The notes beneath the pieces are model-generated. The model had not been told where the DNA came from, ran no database searches, and was given only the letters and a program-made list of their open reading frames with translations. A program made the position numbers and the translations under genes. A stretch of 64,000 nt of DNA from Nitrospirota bacterium (lineage in GTDB: Bacteria > Nitrospirota > UBA9217), in contig CAWJQQ010000006.1 in NCBI GenBank assembly GCA_963845065.1, positions 320,001 to 384,000 of the forward strand, given 5' to 3'. How positions within the stretch are numbered: position 1 is the stretch's first letter; each line of letters opens with the position of its first letter. Positions 1 to 10,885 of this stretch are shown here, in pieces.

Positions 1-791
1 ACTTCGGCGTCGGGAGCTATCGTTTCCTTCACTTTCCAAACATTTGCACCGATATCGCAGACGACGGGCGTCTGCATCATGGCATCGTTTTGTAAGAGTG
101 CTGCCAGACGGATACGTTCCATAACGCTATAAGTATATTCGAGGCCGTATCCCAGCGCGGAAGACATAGGATCCATGATGATCCGTTCCTTGTCAAAGCC
201 CATCTGGGTAAGCAGGATGTTTAGCTGCTTCGCAAGGTTCACGTCCAGTTGGCTCATAGCGATCAACTTGTGATCATTGGCCATGGCTGCTGCTGCAATA
301 GTTTTATAATTTTCTTCTACGGCTTTGCCGATTGCGCAGTTCTTTCCGCGCGTCGCTGCTGCTGCTGCCTGAAGAACCTTGCTGTCTTTTTCCACGTGAC
401 CACTGCCGAGAATGAGGAGAGGGATATCGATAGCAGCCGCGACCTCAGCAGCCGTCTTGGCAGCTTCTTCGACACTTTTGTTTTTCTGGTCAGGGTGAGT
501 GCCCATTAGTCTGAGCGCAACTATATCGGCGCCGTTCTGCTGGCAGAACTTTGCCCACTGCACGGGGTTGGCTGATACACCGCTGACGGCTTTCTGCAGG
601 GTATCAGGCCAGTCGTTCGGTGCGATGTCCATGATCTCAAACGCTACTGCAGGTTTGTTCGGGAAAGTGCCTTCGAAGGACAGAAACGGAAGTGCGCTTG
701 CTCCGCCGATGGTAACAGCTTTTGCGCCGGATCCAATCTGCACATTGAAGATTTTACCGCTGTAGGGCTCTTTCGGAATTGTTAGTGCCAT
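1..791 (-). CDS. acsD: Corrinoid Fe-S protein small subunit (CODH/ACS delta), 3' end runs off the window
   Basis: Not in the ORF track. Manual translation from ATG at 791 (GAGGAGG RBS upstream) gives MALTIPKEPYSGKIFNVQIGSGAKAVTIGGASALPFLSFEG..., later ...SQLDVNLAKQLNILLTQMGFDKERIIMDP..., typical of AcsD/CdhD; next to acsE. Confidence 0.9.
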   Translation of the reverse strand, partial: MALTIPKEPYSGKIFNVQIGSGAKAVTIGGASALPFLSFEGTFPNKPAVAFEIMDIAPNDWPDTLQKAVSGVSANPVQWAKFCQQNGADIVALRLMGTHPDQKNKSVEEAAKTAAEVAAAIDIPLLILGSGHVEKDSKVLQAAAAATRGKNCAIGKAVEENYKTIAAAAMANDHKLIAMSQLDVNLAKQLNILLTQMGFDKERIIMDPMSSALGYGLEYTYSVMERIRLAALLQNDAMMQTPVVCDIGANVWKVKETIAPDAE

Positions 792-940
792 GAAATCCTC
801 CTCAAATTGTTACCTATAGTAACAAATTAGTGTTCATTGAGCAATAGAAAAGATATGCAAACTCCATTTTTTACAAGGTTTAGTGTCATATGTTAAATTT
901 GGTTTGAGCATTTCTCGGTTTCTTATAAACCAAGCCAAAC

Positions 941-1729
941 CTACATATCTAAATACGAATGGGCATACATAGTCTGACCCATGATCATCTCAACTGTCTT
1001 GACCGTATCCATCATGTCCTTGTCCAGCGGATCGATAATGGCTGATGTGAGTCCTTCATACATCAATAGCGCCAAGAAGTTACGGTTAATGATGGGCCGC
1101 AATACTTTTGGAGCGCCGTTCGAGATGTTCGAAAGACCTACTACGCTCTGCATGGGAGGATCATTCAGGTCTTTGAACATCCTGACTGCACGGATTGCCT
1201 GCCTTCCTTGGTCCTGCATCGTGCAAACCTGGAGAATGAGCGGGTCAAGAAAGATATTCTCCATGGGCACGCCATATTCCATGCCACGCCCCATAATTTC
1301 TGCAGCGATAACACAGCGATCCTCTGCATCGGCCGGAAGCCCGCCCTTCCCAAGTGTAAGTGCGATAACTTTCGAATTATACTTCCCGGCCAACTCCATC
1401 ATGGGGAACCGCTCCGGTTCGTTGGACGTGGAGTTGATGAGGGGAGTTCCCCACTGGTTGTTGTGCGCCTTGAGCCCCGCCTCCATAGCCTTCACGTTTG
1501 TTGTATCCAGACAAAGCGGTTTCTCAACTACTTCCTGCACAACTTTCACAGCCCAATCCATAAGTTGAGGACCATTTTCCTCGGCAGGGCCGATGGACAC
1601 ATCGATAAAATTCGCACCTGCTTTTGCCTGGGCAACGGCAAGTTCCTGAAGTGGCTTCGCATCGCGATTCGTGAGAGCCTCACGCACTTTTTTTGCCATA
1701 ACACTGATTTTTTCTCCGATAACGATCAT
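941..1729 (-). CDS. acsE: Methyl-THF:corrinoid Fe-S protein methyltransferase
   Basis: MIVIGEKI start, LCLDTTN, INS, FLDPL and GLSNISNG pterin-binding barrel motifs; Wood-Ljungdahl context. Confidence 0.9.
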   Translation of the reverse strand: MIVIGEKISVMAKKVREALTNRDAKPLQELAVAQAKAGANFIDVSIGPAEENGPQLMDWAVKVVQEVVEKPLCLDTTNVKAMEAGLKAHNNQWGTPLINSTSNEPERFPMMELAGKYNSKVIALTLGKGGLPADAEDRCVIAAEIMGRGMEYGVPMENIFLDPLILQVCTMQDQGRQAIRAVRMFKDLNDPPMQSVVGLSNISNGAPKVLRPIINRNFLALLMYEGLTSAIIDPLDKDMMDTVKTVEMIMGQTMYAHSYLDM

Positions 1730-1814
1730 TTCAAAAAACCTCCTCTTTCATCGTATTCCTTGTTTACCTATGGAAAAATTCTCTCAATATCTGTTTTGTT
1801 CAGAACACTTCCAG

Positions 1815-2711
1815 CTAATTTTCATATTTAATTACGTCTGATAATTCTTGAAGCACTTCCAGAGACAGGACCCGTCTCTCTTTTGCGATGATAATGGTAT
1901 GATTCGCAAGCTCTCGGTAAAGACCAAGGAGCTCCGGTGCTCTTTTTCTCATAGCACTCATATGATCCCTGACTGTCTCTACATCGCCCCGGATGATGGG
2001 ACCGGTCAAGGCATCGGGTATGCCGGCGGATTCAATATTCGCCAAAGTTCCCCTGATAAGCGGGAGCACGGCCTTAAGTGCTTCCTTCTTATCCGCACCC
2101 AGCACCTGGTAAAAACAAAGTCCGAAATCCACAAGCGCAACGAAAAAATTCGATACCGCTACGGCGCCGGCATGGTAGAGAGCCGGCGAGCTTTTATCCG
2201 GGAGCCATCCCGGCATATCCAGTTCAATGCCTCCCAAAGCCTTTACCAACGCCCTGGCGAGTGCCAATGCTGCCGTATCAGCCTCTATTCGAAAATAGGA
2301 GCCGGGAACATTTTTTATTCCGAGGTCCCTGCTCGGAATTGATTGCAGAGGATGAATAACCGCACGGTATGAACCTGACTGTCGTGCGGAAGCCAGCAAA
2401 TCTAGGGTGTGCGCGCCAGAGGTGTGTACAACGAGCATGCCTGGTCTAAACCCGCCACCCGTTGCAATCATATCACATACAGTTTTGATTGACTTATCCG
2501 GTGTCGTAATAAAGACAACGTCAGCCGTTGCGGCCGCCTTTACCACATCGGTCAGTGTTTTACCGGAGCCGATGAATGCCCGTGCTATCTCTGCCGACTC
2601 CTCAGTGCGCGCAGCAACTGCAGTAATGGTATACCCTGCCTGCATGAGCAGGAACCCTACTGAACTGCCGACACGACCTGCGCCGATGATGGCGACGGTT
2701 TTTGTGGCCAT
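1815..2711 (-). CDS. Rossmann-like + DUF2520 oxidoreductase (PanG-like ketopantoate reductase)
   Basis: GAGRVG, HTSGA, HPLQS, LYHAGAV and LTGPIIRGD motifs; panB nearby. Confidence 0.8.
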   Translation of the reverse strand: MATKTVAIIGAGRVGSSVGFLLMQAGYTITAVAARTEESAEIARAFIGSGKTLTDVVKAAATADVVFITTPDKSIKTVCDMIATGGGFRPGMLVVHTSGAHTLDLLASARQSGSYRAVIHPLQSIPSRDLGIKNVPGSYFRIEADTAALALARALVKALGGIELDMPGWLPDKSSPALYHAGAVAVSNFFVALVDFGLCFYQVLGADKKEALKAVLPLIRGTLANIESAGIPDALTGPIIRGDVETVRDHMSAMRKRAPELLGLYRELANHTIIIAKERRVLSLEVLQELSDVIKYEN

Positions 2712-2714
2712 AAT

Positions 2715-3485
2715 CTACGGGATCAACTTATCCAGCACGCCGTAATAACTGGTAAGTGCCTTCGAATCGGCTGGAAGCTGAATAAGCGGCTTACCGTTTA
2801 AGTCATAATCAAAGATCAGTTCATCAGCAGGAACGAAACCCACGAACTCGACGTCCTGCTTGGCGATTGCATGCTGGAGAGATTTGTCCTCACTCGTTCC
2901 ATCCTGCAAGCGGTTTACGATTAGCACGGTGCGTTTGACGTTCAGGTTCAGCTCTTTCACCAGCTCACCAATACGTCCGGCAGTCATCACCCCGCGAACT
3001 GAAGAGTCGCTGATAATCAGTAGCAGGTCCGTGTCCTGGGTAGTGCGCCGGGAGAGATGTTCTAGGCCGGCTTCGTTGTCCATGACCGTGTAAGGATAAG
3101 TGTCGGCTAGCTTATCCATGTACTTGCGGATGATATTGTTCGCCGCGCAGTAACAGCCAGCACCCTCTGGTCTGCCCATAACGAGCAGGTCGAAGCCTTT
3201 AGCTTCGATAATCGCCTGCTGTATTTGGTAATCAAAAAGCTGCTCCATACTCATGCCGCCTAGTCGAGGCGCCGTAGACTTAATCGCTTCAAGAGAGGTC
3301 TCCCGCAGCCGACCTACCGTGGCATGCACTTTTACACCGAGCACATCATGTAAGTTCGCATTGGCGTCTGCGTCAACAGCCAAAACGGCCCCGTGCTTCT
3401 TTTCGGTTAAATATCTAACCGTAAGGCCGCATAGGCTGGTCTTGCCTGTACCGCCCTTACCTGCTACTGCTATCGCAAAACCCAT
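2715..3485 (-). CDS. cooC: CooC/AcsF nickel-insertion ATPase
   Basis: GKGGTGKT, DADANANL, GCYC and DNEAGLEHLSR motifs. Confidence 0.9.
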   Translation of the reverse strand: MGFAIAVAGKGGTGKTSLCGLTVRYLTEKKHGAVLAVDADANANLHDVLGVKVHATVGRLRETSLEAIKSTAPRLGGMSMEQLFDYQIQQAIIEAKGFDLLVMGRPEGAGCYCAANNIIRKYMDKLADTYPYTVMDNEAGLEHLSRRTTQDTDLLLIISDSSVRGVMTAGRIGELVKELNLNVKRTVLIVNRLQDGTSEDKSLQHAIAKQDVEFVGFVPADELIFDYDLNGKPLIQLPADSKALTSYYGVLDKLIP

Positions 3486-3566
3486 CGTACCTCGATTTCA
3501 GGGGCCAAAGACCTTGGTCCAAGGTTCGGAATTTTTTCCTAAACCATCTGACCTGGGCGCTGGACT

Positions 3567-4298
3567 CTATGCTTTCTTCGTTCCGTACTTCTTTCTGACT
3601 TCTTCGATCTTTCCACAGGTCATCTTGCCCTCGGGGCAGGGAGCATGGAGACAACCAGGACCAGAATTAGCGAAGATCGTCGGCGCCGCATGCTTTACCA
3701 AATGGAGCATGCGCTCGGCCATATCCCGAATCTCCCACTGCGCCCGATTACAGCACCGTACGCGGAAAAAGTGTAGGAGTTCCCGCCCGTTCATCGTGAC
3801 TACTATTTTCGTTTCTGCCGCATTTGGCAGCAGATATCGTGCATCTTGCCGTCCTGTTTCACCCTCATACCCAAGCTCCTCAAGCCGATTGAGAACTTCT
3901 GTATAGTTCTTCTGCGCCTCGGCCATGAACTTCTCAAACTCACGCACGAGTACGGAATCCTGCTTGATGCTTGGAGGAATTACGTAATCAAACTGGTCTG
4001 CTTTTACATATCTCTGGCTCTGTTGCGAGTAGGACGCAACGCGATGGCGAACCAACTGGTGCGAACATGCCCGTGAGATGCCTTCGATGCCGAAAGTGAA
4101 CGAGACATGCTCAATAGGAGATAGATGACCAATGGCCGCCAGCTGCTCTACGAACGCGGCCTGGTCCTTTGTTCCGATTTTCTCTCTGAGCTCTCGTACA
4201 CCCGAATGGCTGTAGCACAGTTTCGCGGCCATGGCCACGACTACTTCAGGTTCCGGCGTATACTGAAGGAGAACTACATTTAGTGTTGATTCAGGCAT
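3567..4298 (-). CDS. thyX: FAD-dependent thymidylate synthase
   Basis: RHRVASYSQQSQR signature, GHLSPIEH, AQWEIR; start moved to MPEST (GAGGGG upstream). Confidence 0.95.
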   Translation of the reverse strand: MPESTLNVVLLQYTPEPEVVVAMAAKLCYSHSGVRELREKIGTKDQAAFVEQLAAIGHLSPIEHVSFTFGIEGISRACSHQLVRHRVASYSQQSQRYVKADQFDYVIPPSIKQDSVLVREFEKFMAEAQKNYTEVLNRLEELGYEGETGRQDARYLLPNAAETKIVVTMNGRELLHFFRVRCCNRAQWEIRDMAERMLHLVKHAAPTIFANSGPGCLHAPCPEGKMTCGKIEEVRKKYGTKKA

Positions 4299-4354
4299 AC
4301 TGTCCCCTCCACTCAGCGGGAAGAGGGCGCACAGCAAAATTATAAAAGCGGGGT

Positions 4355-4384
4355 ATTATAGCCATCGCACATCGAGTGAGTCAA
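4355..4384 (-). promoter_or_regulatory. Sigma-70-type promoter for thyX and downstream genes
   Basis: TTGACT-N18-TATAAT on the minus strand. Confidence 0.55.
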
Positions 4385-4515
4385 GAAAAATTCAAGAAAA
4401 GTGATAGAATTTAAAAGTGACTATTTTAATTAAGTCATTAATATCATTTATAAAAAAGACCGCGCTACGAAAAGTATCTGACATATTGTTACGAATGTAT
4501 ACATTGGTTTTTTAA

Positions 4516-5316
4516 TTATTTGAAGCTGTGCTCCTCTTGCGGGAAGGCTCCTGATTCAACTTCCTGCTTATACTCTTTTACCGCCTTTATTGCCTGATCC
4601 TTGAGATGGGCATATTTTTTAACGAACTTTGGTGTGAACCTGTCATAAAGCCCCAGGAGATCATGAAGGACGAGCACCTGTCCATCACAATCCGGACCGG
4701 CTCCGATACCGATGGTGGGAATATAAAGTATCTCATGTATTTCTTTGGCGAGCGAAGCCGGCACAGCTTCAAGCACCACAGAAAATGCCCCTGCATCCTG
4801 CACTGCTCTCGCATCTGCTAGGATCTTCTCACGCGCTGCCTCATCCCTGCCCTGGACCTTGAAGCCACCGAGGGCATGAATGGACTGCGGTGTCAAGCCA
4901 ATATGCGCCATGACCGGTATGCCGGCGTTCACGATTACTCTTATCGCATCAGCCATCTGCGTTCCACCCTCAAGCTTAACGGCCTCTGCGCCAGCTTCTT
5001 TCAGAAATCGGCCCGCATTGATTACCGCCTCGGCCTTGTCTGCTTGATAAGACAAAAACGGCATATCACCGACCACTAAGGATGATGATGCGGCCCGCGA
5101 AACCATTGATGTGTGATAGAGCATCTCAGCCATGGTCACCGGCAGCGTGCTGGGCTGCCCCTGCACTACCATGCCGAGCGAGTCGCCGACGAGAATAACA
5201 TCGATGCCTGCCTGATCCACGATCTGCGCCGTGGGAAAATCATAGGCCGTGAGCACGGTGATCTTCTTGTGCTCGGTCTTCTTCTTATACAAATCCATGA
5301 TGGTAATCTTTGGCAT
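4516..5316 (-). CDS. panB: 3-methyl-2-oxobutanoate hydroxymethyltransferase
   Basis: [29 protein letters not shown] and DGQVLV motifs; start moved to MPKITI. Confidence 0.95.
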   Translation of the reverse strand: MPKITIMDLYKKKTEHKKITVLTAYDFPTAQIVDQAGIDVILVGDSLGMVVQGQPSTLPVTMAEMLYHTSMVSRAASSSLVVGDMPFLSYQADKAEAVINAGRFLKEAGAEAVKLEGGTQMADAIRVIVNAGIPVMAHIGLTPQSIHALGGFKVQGRDEAAREKILADARAVQDAGAFSVVLEAVPASLAKEIHEILYIPTIGIGAGPDCDGQVLVLHDLLGLYDRFTPKFVKKYAHLKDQAIKAVKEYKQEVESGAFPQEEHSFK

Positions 5317-5444
5317 GATTGTTTGACTCTTACCTCTATCCTCCCCTGTTGGTGCAGAGAGGACTTGCATTTCCCCTCTCCCTCCTGGGAAATCAGGGCG
5401 GTGAAAGGACAATTTCGAAGTCCATACTATACAATATGCACTTA

Positions 5445-6410
5445 CTATGGTCGAGGATATAATCCAGCAGCTTTGACGATTCCCTCTATGGCGCTCTCCC
5501 ATTCGATGGCCTGAATGTGGACGCCCTTAACACCGGGGATGTCGAGGATTTGGTGGATAAGCTCTACGGTGATCTTGAGGCCTTCGGCTTCTTGCAGTTC
5601 GCGGGCCTTTTTTTTGTCGTCGCCCGCTGTTTCCTTTGCCTTGTTCATTCGGTCGATGAGCGGCTTCGGCACTGTTACGCCGGCAACGGAGGAGTCCATG
5701 TACTTGAGCATCATAGCGCTCCGAGGTACGATGATGCCGCCGAGGATAGCGGTCCTTTCCGTGAGCCCCAGGTTCCGCGCTTTTTCCATCTGTGACTTGA
5801 ATATTTCCACGTCGTAGATTCCCTGAGTTTGAATAAAGTCAGCGCCGGCATCCACTTTTTTCTTAAGGTTATAAGGCCTGAAGTCGATTGGGTCTCCCAT
5901 GGGTGTCCATGAAGCACCTATAAAAAACTTAGGTGCGACTTCGATCTTGTCTCCGCCCTCCTGCAAACTCTCGTCTCGCATCTTTTTCATAATCCCAACA
6001 AGCTGACAGGTATCCACATCGTAAACATTTTTCGCGCCCGGGTGGCCTTTAAGCTTGCCCGCTGCGCTGAATTTCTGATGGTCACCGGCGATGCAGAGAC
6101 AATTCTTGAGGCCAAGGGCGGCGGCACCCAAGAGGTCCGCCTGCATGGCGATTCTATTGCGGTCGCGGCAGGTCATTTGCATGACTGGTTCGAGGCCCTC
6201 TCGGTGGGCAATGAATGCTGCTGCGATGCTCGAGATTCGCACGACGGCTGTCTGGCAGTCGGTTATGTTCGCGGCGTCGCAAAAGCCCTTCAATTTGTGT
6301 GCCTTTTCCACGACCTCGTGGGCATCGGCACTCATGGGCGGCCCCAGCTCCGCCGTTACAGCAGGTTTTCCGCTCGCGATGACTCGTTCGAGGTTGCTTC
6401 CACTTTTCAT
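5445..6410 (-). CDS. metF: Methylene-THF reductase MetF
   Basis: [30 protein letters not shown] and [13 protein letters not shown] motifs. Confidence 0.93.
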   Translation of the reverse strand: MKSGSNLERVIASGKPAVTAELGPPMSADAHEVVEKAHKLKGFCDAANITDCQTAVVRISSIAAAFIAHREGLEPVMQMTCRDRNRIAMQADLLGAAALGLKNCLCIAGDHQKFSAAGKLKGHPGAKNVYDVDTCQLVGIMKKMRDESLQEGGDKIEVAPKFFIGASWTPMGDPIDFRPYNLKKKVDAGADFIQTQGIYDVEIFKSQMEKARNLGLTERTAILGGIIVPRSAMMLKYMDSSVAGVTVPKPLIDRMNKAKETAGDDKKKARELQEAEGLKITVELIHQILDIPGVKGVHIQAIEWESAIEGIVKAAGLYPRP

Positions 6411-6428
6411 TACGGTTATCCTCCAGCC

Positions 6429-7121
6429 TTAGGCTTTTTTCTCTTCTTCAAGCTCCATAATATGCTCAAGCACCATCCTGCGTGGGCCGCCGTGAGTACC
6501 GGAGGACCAGTTCCTCGGCGGCTGAATAGTGTTCAACTGCTCTACGGTGCCAAGCTTTTTCATGCGCTCTACGATCAAATACCAAGCACAGTCCACCTCG
6601 TTGCTGACCTCGCACTTTCCCTTGTTCGTACCTCCGCAGGGTCCGTTCAAGAGGGACTTGGAGCAGCGCACGACCGGACAAATCCCGCCGGTCAGGTGAA
6701 GAATGCAGTTGCCGCACCCGCCGCAGAGTTCCACGAAAACCCCAGCCTTGGGTACAGCGCCGTAGAATGTAGTGTTTACTCCCGGATAGACCGGAATGTT
6801 GTCGCCGATGAGTTCGGCAAGAAAGTTCACCCCCACACCACAGGCGGTAGAAAGCACCAGATCGTAGGTCTTTACCTTTTCCATGAGCGGCTCGAAAAAC
6901 TCGGGCTCGCAATGCCGCTCGATTGCAGCATGGTCGACCTGCATGCCGGGGCTCTCCTGGATCGCTTTCGTCCGAAGCATGGACGCCAAAATTTCCGCTT
7001 CCTTACTGCCACCGGCATGGCTGATCGCAACGCATGTATTGCATCCGAAGACAAGGACCTTCTTGAAACCTTTGACCATGTCCCAGATTTCATCGAATGG
7101 TTTCTGTTTACCGACTATCAT
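6429..7121 (-). CDS. metV: Methylene-THF reductase Fe-S subunit MetV
   Basis: CGGCGNC, GICPVVRCSKSLLNGPCGG, CEV and CAW cysteine motifs; directly upstream of metF. Confidence 0.9.
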   Translation of the reverse strand: MIVGKQKPFDEIWDMVKGFKKVLVFGCNTCVAISHAGGSKEAEILASMLRTKAIQESPGMQVDHAAIERHCEPEFFEPLMEKVKTYDLVLSTACGVGVNFLAELIGDNIPVYPGVNTTFYGAVPKAGVFVELCGGCGNCILHLTGGICPVVRCSKSLLNGPCGGTNKGKCEVSNEVDCAWYLIVERMKKLGTVEQLNTIQPPRNWSSGTHGGPRRMVLEHIMELEEEKKA

Positions 7122-7128
7122 TGGTCAA

Positions 7129-7641
7129 TCACTCCTTTTCCCTGCCGCATAACTGCTTATATTTTGCAAGTGACACTGGCGAAGGTCCTAGATTCCGTAT
7201 CTTCTCAACGAATTCGTTACACATCTCCGCCCATCTCGGACCCATTGCCGCTGAAAGATTGTACATCTCGAGGCGCATAGGGTCGATGCCGATCTTCGTC
7301 AGCAGTGTCTTTACGTATTCTATCCTTCGTGCCGCAAACAGATTACCTTCCAGGTAATGGCATTGGCCTTTCAGTCAGCCAGCGGCAAAAATGCCATCAA
7401 CGCCCTTTTCGAAGGCCTTGAGGATGTGAATATGGTCTAGTTTTCCAGTGCAGGGTAGGCGAATGATCTTAACGCTCGGTGAATAGGACAGACGCATAAC
7501 GCCAGCCAGATCCGCAGCTGCGAATGCGCAGTAATGGCACGCAAAGGCAATGACGTTCGGTTCCCAGCCCGCCGGTGTTTCGTGAGGTTTCTCGACGGAC
7601 GAGACCACGACTTTTCCCGATGTTTCTGTTGCTACAACCAT
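7129..7641 (-). CDS. mvhD: MvhD [2Fe-2S] subunit, selenoprotein (UGA at 7375-7377)
   Basis: CHYCAFAAADLAG and IRLPCTGK, then AG-UGA-LKGQCHYLEGN...RLEMYNLSA...LGPSP continues in frame to TGA at 7129; AAGGAG RBS before ATG 7641. Confidence 0.9.
7342..7358 (-). promoter_or_regulatory. Putative bacterial SECIS hairpin in mvhD
   Basis: ATTACCT-GGA-AGGTAAT perfect 7-bp stem starting 16 nt 3' of the UGA, G-led loop. Confidence 0.7.
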
Positions 7642-7828
7642 GGATGCACTCCTTTCAAAAGGATTCAATCAATTGTAAAAGCACTATAAAACAAAATATC
7701 CACGAAATCGCTGAGACGCACAGGAGGATATATTAATCATAAAGAGAAGTCCGCGACAATAAAACTGCCTACTCTGCTTCTCCATGTCTCCGTTGTAAAA
7801 TGTTTTTCCATTAAGCAAGCTACGGAAG

Positions 7829-10800
7829 CTATGAACCCATCACACCCGCTTCAGATTCCATGGCTGCGTCAATCATGGCAAGGATCTGGTCATCCCGGAA
7901 ATTGTTAACCTGAAATGCCTTTGCCGGGCAGATGCCCGCGCAGATCCCGCAGCCCATGCACTTGATCTCGTTGTGCGAGATCTTCCCGTCTTCAGCGATA
8001 AAGGGCGATCCGTACGGACAAACGCGTAAACAGCTCAGGCAGGACATGCAGAGTTCCCGCTTGTGCTTGGCGATGATGCCTGAGACCGCGAGCTTCTCGT
8101 GGGACAGGATCACCCCTGCCCTTCCTGCAGCCGCCAACGCCTGTGCGATAGTTTCGTCGAAGTTCTTGGGTGCATGTCCCAGACCCGCTACGAAAAGTCC
8201 CTCGCTCGGAAAATCCACAGGGCGGAGCTTGACGTGCGCCTCAAGGTAATAGCCGTCGGGGTTGCGCGTCACCTTGTACATGGCGCCGACCGCGTCAGTC
8301 GTTGGATGGGGCCGGAGTCCGACGGATAGCACAAGCCAGTTCGCATCAAATTGAAGCTCCCGGTTCAGCATATAGTCCCAGGCTTTGACTTGCACCCTGT
8401 TCCCTACCTGTTCGACCAAGGGCTTCCGGTCGACCTCGTAGCGGACAAAGAACACGCCCAGATCGCGGGCCTTCTTGTAATAATCCTCACGCAGACCGTA
8501 GGTCCTGATATCGCGGTAGAGGATCACGACGTCGGCTGCCGAGTTCCGCTCCTTGATAGCTATAGCGTTCTTGATCGCGTCCTGACAGCAAACCCGGGAA
8601 CAATACTGGGCAGGCTCCTCGCGAGAACCCACGCACTGGATCATTACATACCGCTCGCCCGCGGTGGGCGTAAGATTTTCTCTAAACAGTTTCTGTTCCA
8701 GATCGCGCTGAGTGATAACATTCGAGCTCATGCCGGCCAGATACTCCGTGGGCTGATATTCAACCCCGCCCGTTGCTAGGATAAGAGCGCCGTGGGAAAC
8801 CTCGCTTCCGTTAGTGAGGGTCGTATTGAAATTTCCGACGAAGCCGTCTGTCTTCTTGACTTCAATCCCCGTGTGCACGGAAATCTTGGGATGGGCTTTG
8901 ACTTCGGCGATCTTCATAGCGAGGAACTGCTGCACATCGGAGCCATCAAGCGTGCGATAAACGTTCCTCGCTAGGCCGCCAAGCGACTGCTCCTTCTCAA
9001 CGATATGGGTGGGAAAACCCTGGTCGGCAAGGGCAAGAGCGGAAGTCATGCCGGCAACACCGCCACCGATGATCAGACAGGCAGGCGTTACGCCTACACT
9101 TTCGCTCTTAAGAGGTTCCTGAAGCCGGGACTTGGCCACTGCCATTTTCACAATTTTAATGGCCTTCTTCGTTGCCACCTCATTTTGACCTTTATGACAC
9201 CATGAGCACTGCTCGCGGATGTCAGCAAGGTCAAAGAGGTACTTATTTAGGCCCGCTTCCTGGATCGTTTCCTGGAACAGCTTCTCGTGGGTTCTCGGAG
9301 TACAGGATGCGATTACGACGCGGTTCAGGTTCTGATCCTTAATCGTCTGCTTGATTACGTCTTGGTTATCCTGGGAGCAGGCATATATAGTATTTGTGAC
9401 GTACGCAACGCCTTTTTCCTTCTTGACGGCTTCGACGACTTGGTCGATCTCTATAGTTGATGAGATGTTTGTGCCGCAATGGCAGACAAAAACACCTATG
9501 CGAGGCGCCTCTCCGGCAACGTCCTTTTCAGGTGGCAATTCCTTCTTCTTGGTCTGAGTCCCGCGAGCTTCGGCAAGAAGGGCCATTACGCTTCCGGCCA
9601 CACCGCTTCCCTGCATCACTGTCTCGGGTATGTCCTTAGGTCCCTGGTAAATACCGGTAACGAATATACCGTCACGCGAGGTTTTGACTGGCGTAAAGTG
9701 TGAGGTCTTGGCGAACTTATACTCATTCATTTCAATGCCAAACGTCTTGGCAAATTCTACGGCATCGGCGTGGGGTTCAAAGCCCACGGACAGGACGACC
9801 ATGTCAAAGGTCTCGTTTGCGAGCTTGCCGGTCTCGTCCGAATACCGAAGCACAAGATTTCCAGTACCAGGTTCTTCCCGAACAGCCGAAACCATGGCAC
9901 GCTGGTATTTGACGCCATATTCATTCTTAGCCCGTTCCACGTACTTGTCGAAATCCTTACCAAAGGCTCGCATCTCCATATAGAAAACTGTGGGCTCTAT
10001 ATTCTTATCATGTTCCTTGGCAATAATCGATTGCTTTGTGGCATACATACAACAGACCGACGAACACCAAGGGTTGGCATTATGGTTGTCCCGTGAACCG
10101 ACGCACTGAATCCAGGCGACCTTGACGGGATGTTTTTGGTCTGAAGGCCGCTGAACCACGCCTTTATACGGGCCGGACGCCGAAAGAATGCGCTCGAACT
10201 GGACCGATGAGACAACGTTTTGCCACCTGCCAAGGCCCAGTTCAGGCCGAATCCGTGCATCATAACGCTGGAGTCCCGGACTCAGAATGATGGAACCCAC
10301 ATTCAGTTCGAATTCTTTACCGGTGTCTTCGTAATTGATTGCGCCCGCCTTGCAGGTCTTTTCGCATAAACGGCAGCGCTTTTTCTGGGGGTCATTAAGG
10401 CAAAGGCAGTTTTTGGAATCAATAGCTCGCGTATTCGGCACGGCTTGGGGAAAGAGAGAAAATATGGCCTTACGCTGACCGAGCTGCTGTTCGAATTCGC
10501 TCGGTACTTTCTTGGGGCATTTCGCTTCACAGTCGCCACAACCCGTACATTTGCTTTGGTCGACGTAACGAGGGGCCATCCTGACCTGGACCGTAAAATT
10601 TCCGGACTGGCCAGAGACGGATGTCACCTCCGCCAGTGTATGGATATTAATATTGAGATGGCGACCGATCTCGACCATCTTGGGCGAGATCATGCACATC
10701 GAGCAGTCACCCGTTGGAAAGGTCTTATCCAGCATGACCATGGTCCCGCCTACGGACGTGTCTCTCTGGACCATATGCACCTTGAAACCGCTTTCAGCGA

Positions 10801-10885
10801 GATCAAGGGCCGCTTGCATGCCGCCGATACCGCCGCCGACGATGAGGACTGATCCCTGCTTGTTCGAAGAGGTTTGTGCGCTCAT
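7829..10885 (-). CDS. hdrA: Heterodisulfide reductase subunit A-like flavoprotein (tandem HdrA modules, 1018 aa)
   Basis: Two FAD motifs (GGGIGG, GGGVAG), LDKTFPT, two IQCVGSR...CSxVCC motifs, GVFVCHCG, ferredoxin motifs. Confidence 0.93.
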   Translation of the reverse strand: MSAQTSSNKQGSVLIVGGGIGGMQAALDLAESGFKVHMVQRDTSVGGTMVMLDKTFPTGDCSMCMISPKMVEIGRHLNINIHTLAEVTSVSGQSGNFTVQVRMAPRYVDQSKCTGCGDCEAKCPKKVPSEFEQQLGQRKAIFSLFPQAVPNTRAIDSKNCLCLNDPQKKRCRLCEKTCKAGAINYEDTGKEFELNVGSIILSPGLQRYDARIRPELGLGRWQNVVSSVQFERILSASGPYKGVVQRPSDQKHPVKVAWIQCVGSRDNHNANPWCSSVCCMYATKQSIIAKEHDKNIEPTVFYMEMRAFGKDFDKYVERAKNEYGVKYQRAMVSAVREEPGTGNLVLRYSDETGKLANETFDMVVLSVGFEPHADAVEFAKTFGIEMNEYKFAKTSHFTPVKTSRDGIFVTGIYQGPKDIPETVMQGSGVAGSVMALLAEARGTQTKKKELPPEKDVAGEAPRIGVFVCHCGTNISSTIEIDQVVEAVKKEKGVAYVTNTIYACSQDNQDVIKQTIKDQNLNRVVIASCTPRTHEKLFQETIQEAGLNKYLFDLADIREQCSWCHKGQNEVATKKAIKIVKMAVAKSRLQEPLKSESVGVTPACLIIGGGVAGMTSALALADQGFPTHIVEKEQSLGGLARNVYRTLDGSDVQQFLAMKIAEVKAHPKISVHTGIEVKKTDGFVGNFNTTLTNGSEVSHGALILATGGVEYQPTEYLAGMSSNVITQRDLEQKLFRENLTPTAGERYVMIQCVGSREEPAQYCSRVCCQDAIKNAIAIKERNSAADVVILYRDIRTYGLREDYYKKARDLGVFFVRYEVDRKPLVEQVGNRVQVKAWDYMLNRELQFDANWLVLSVGLRPHPTTDAVGAMYKVTRNPDGYYLEAHVKLRPVDFPSEGLFVAGLGHAPKNFDETIAQALAAAGRAGVILSHEKLAVSGIIAKHKRELCMSCLSCLRVCPYGSPFIAEDGKISHNEIKCMGCGICAGICPAKAFQVNNFRDDQILAMIDAAMESEAGVMGS

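Noticed and set aside
5317..5502. Long N-terminal extensions in the ORF track for panB (also thyX, folE, cheA, lolA, ferritin-like)
   Set aside because: Family-typical N-termini and RBS positions favour downstream starts
6042..7280. 412-aa plus-strand ORF and the many other antisense ORFs over hdrA, MCPs, cheA, glgP and rnj
   Set aside because: Shadows of well-supported genes on the opposite strand; no recognisable motifs
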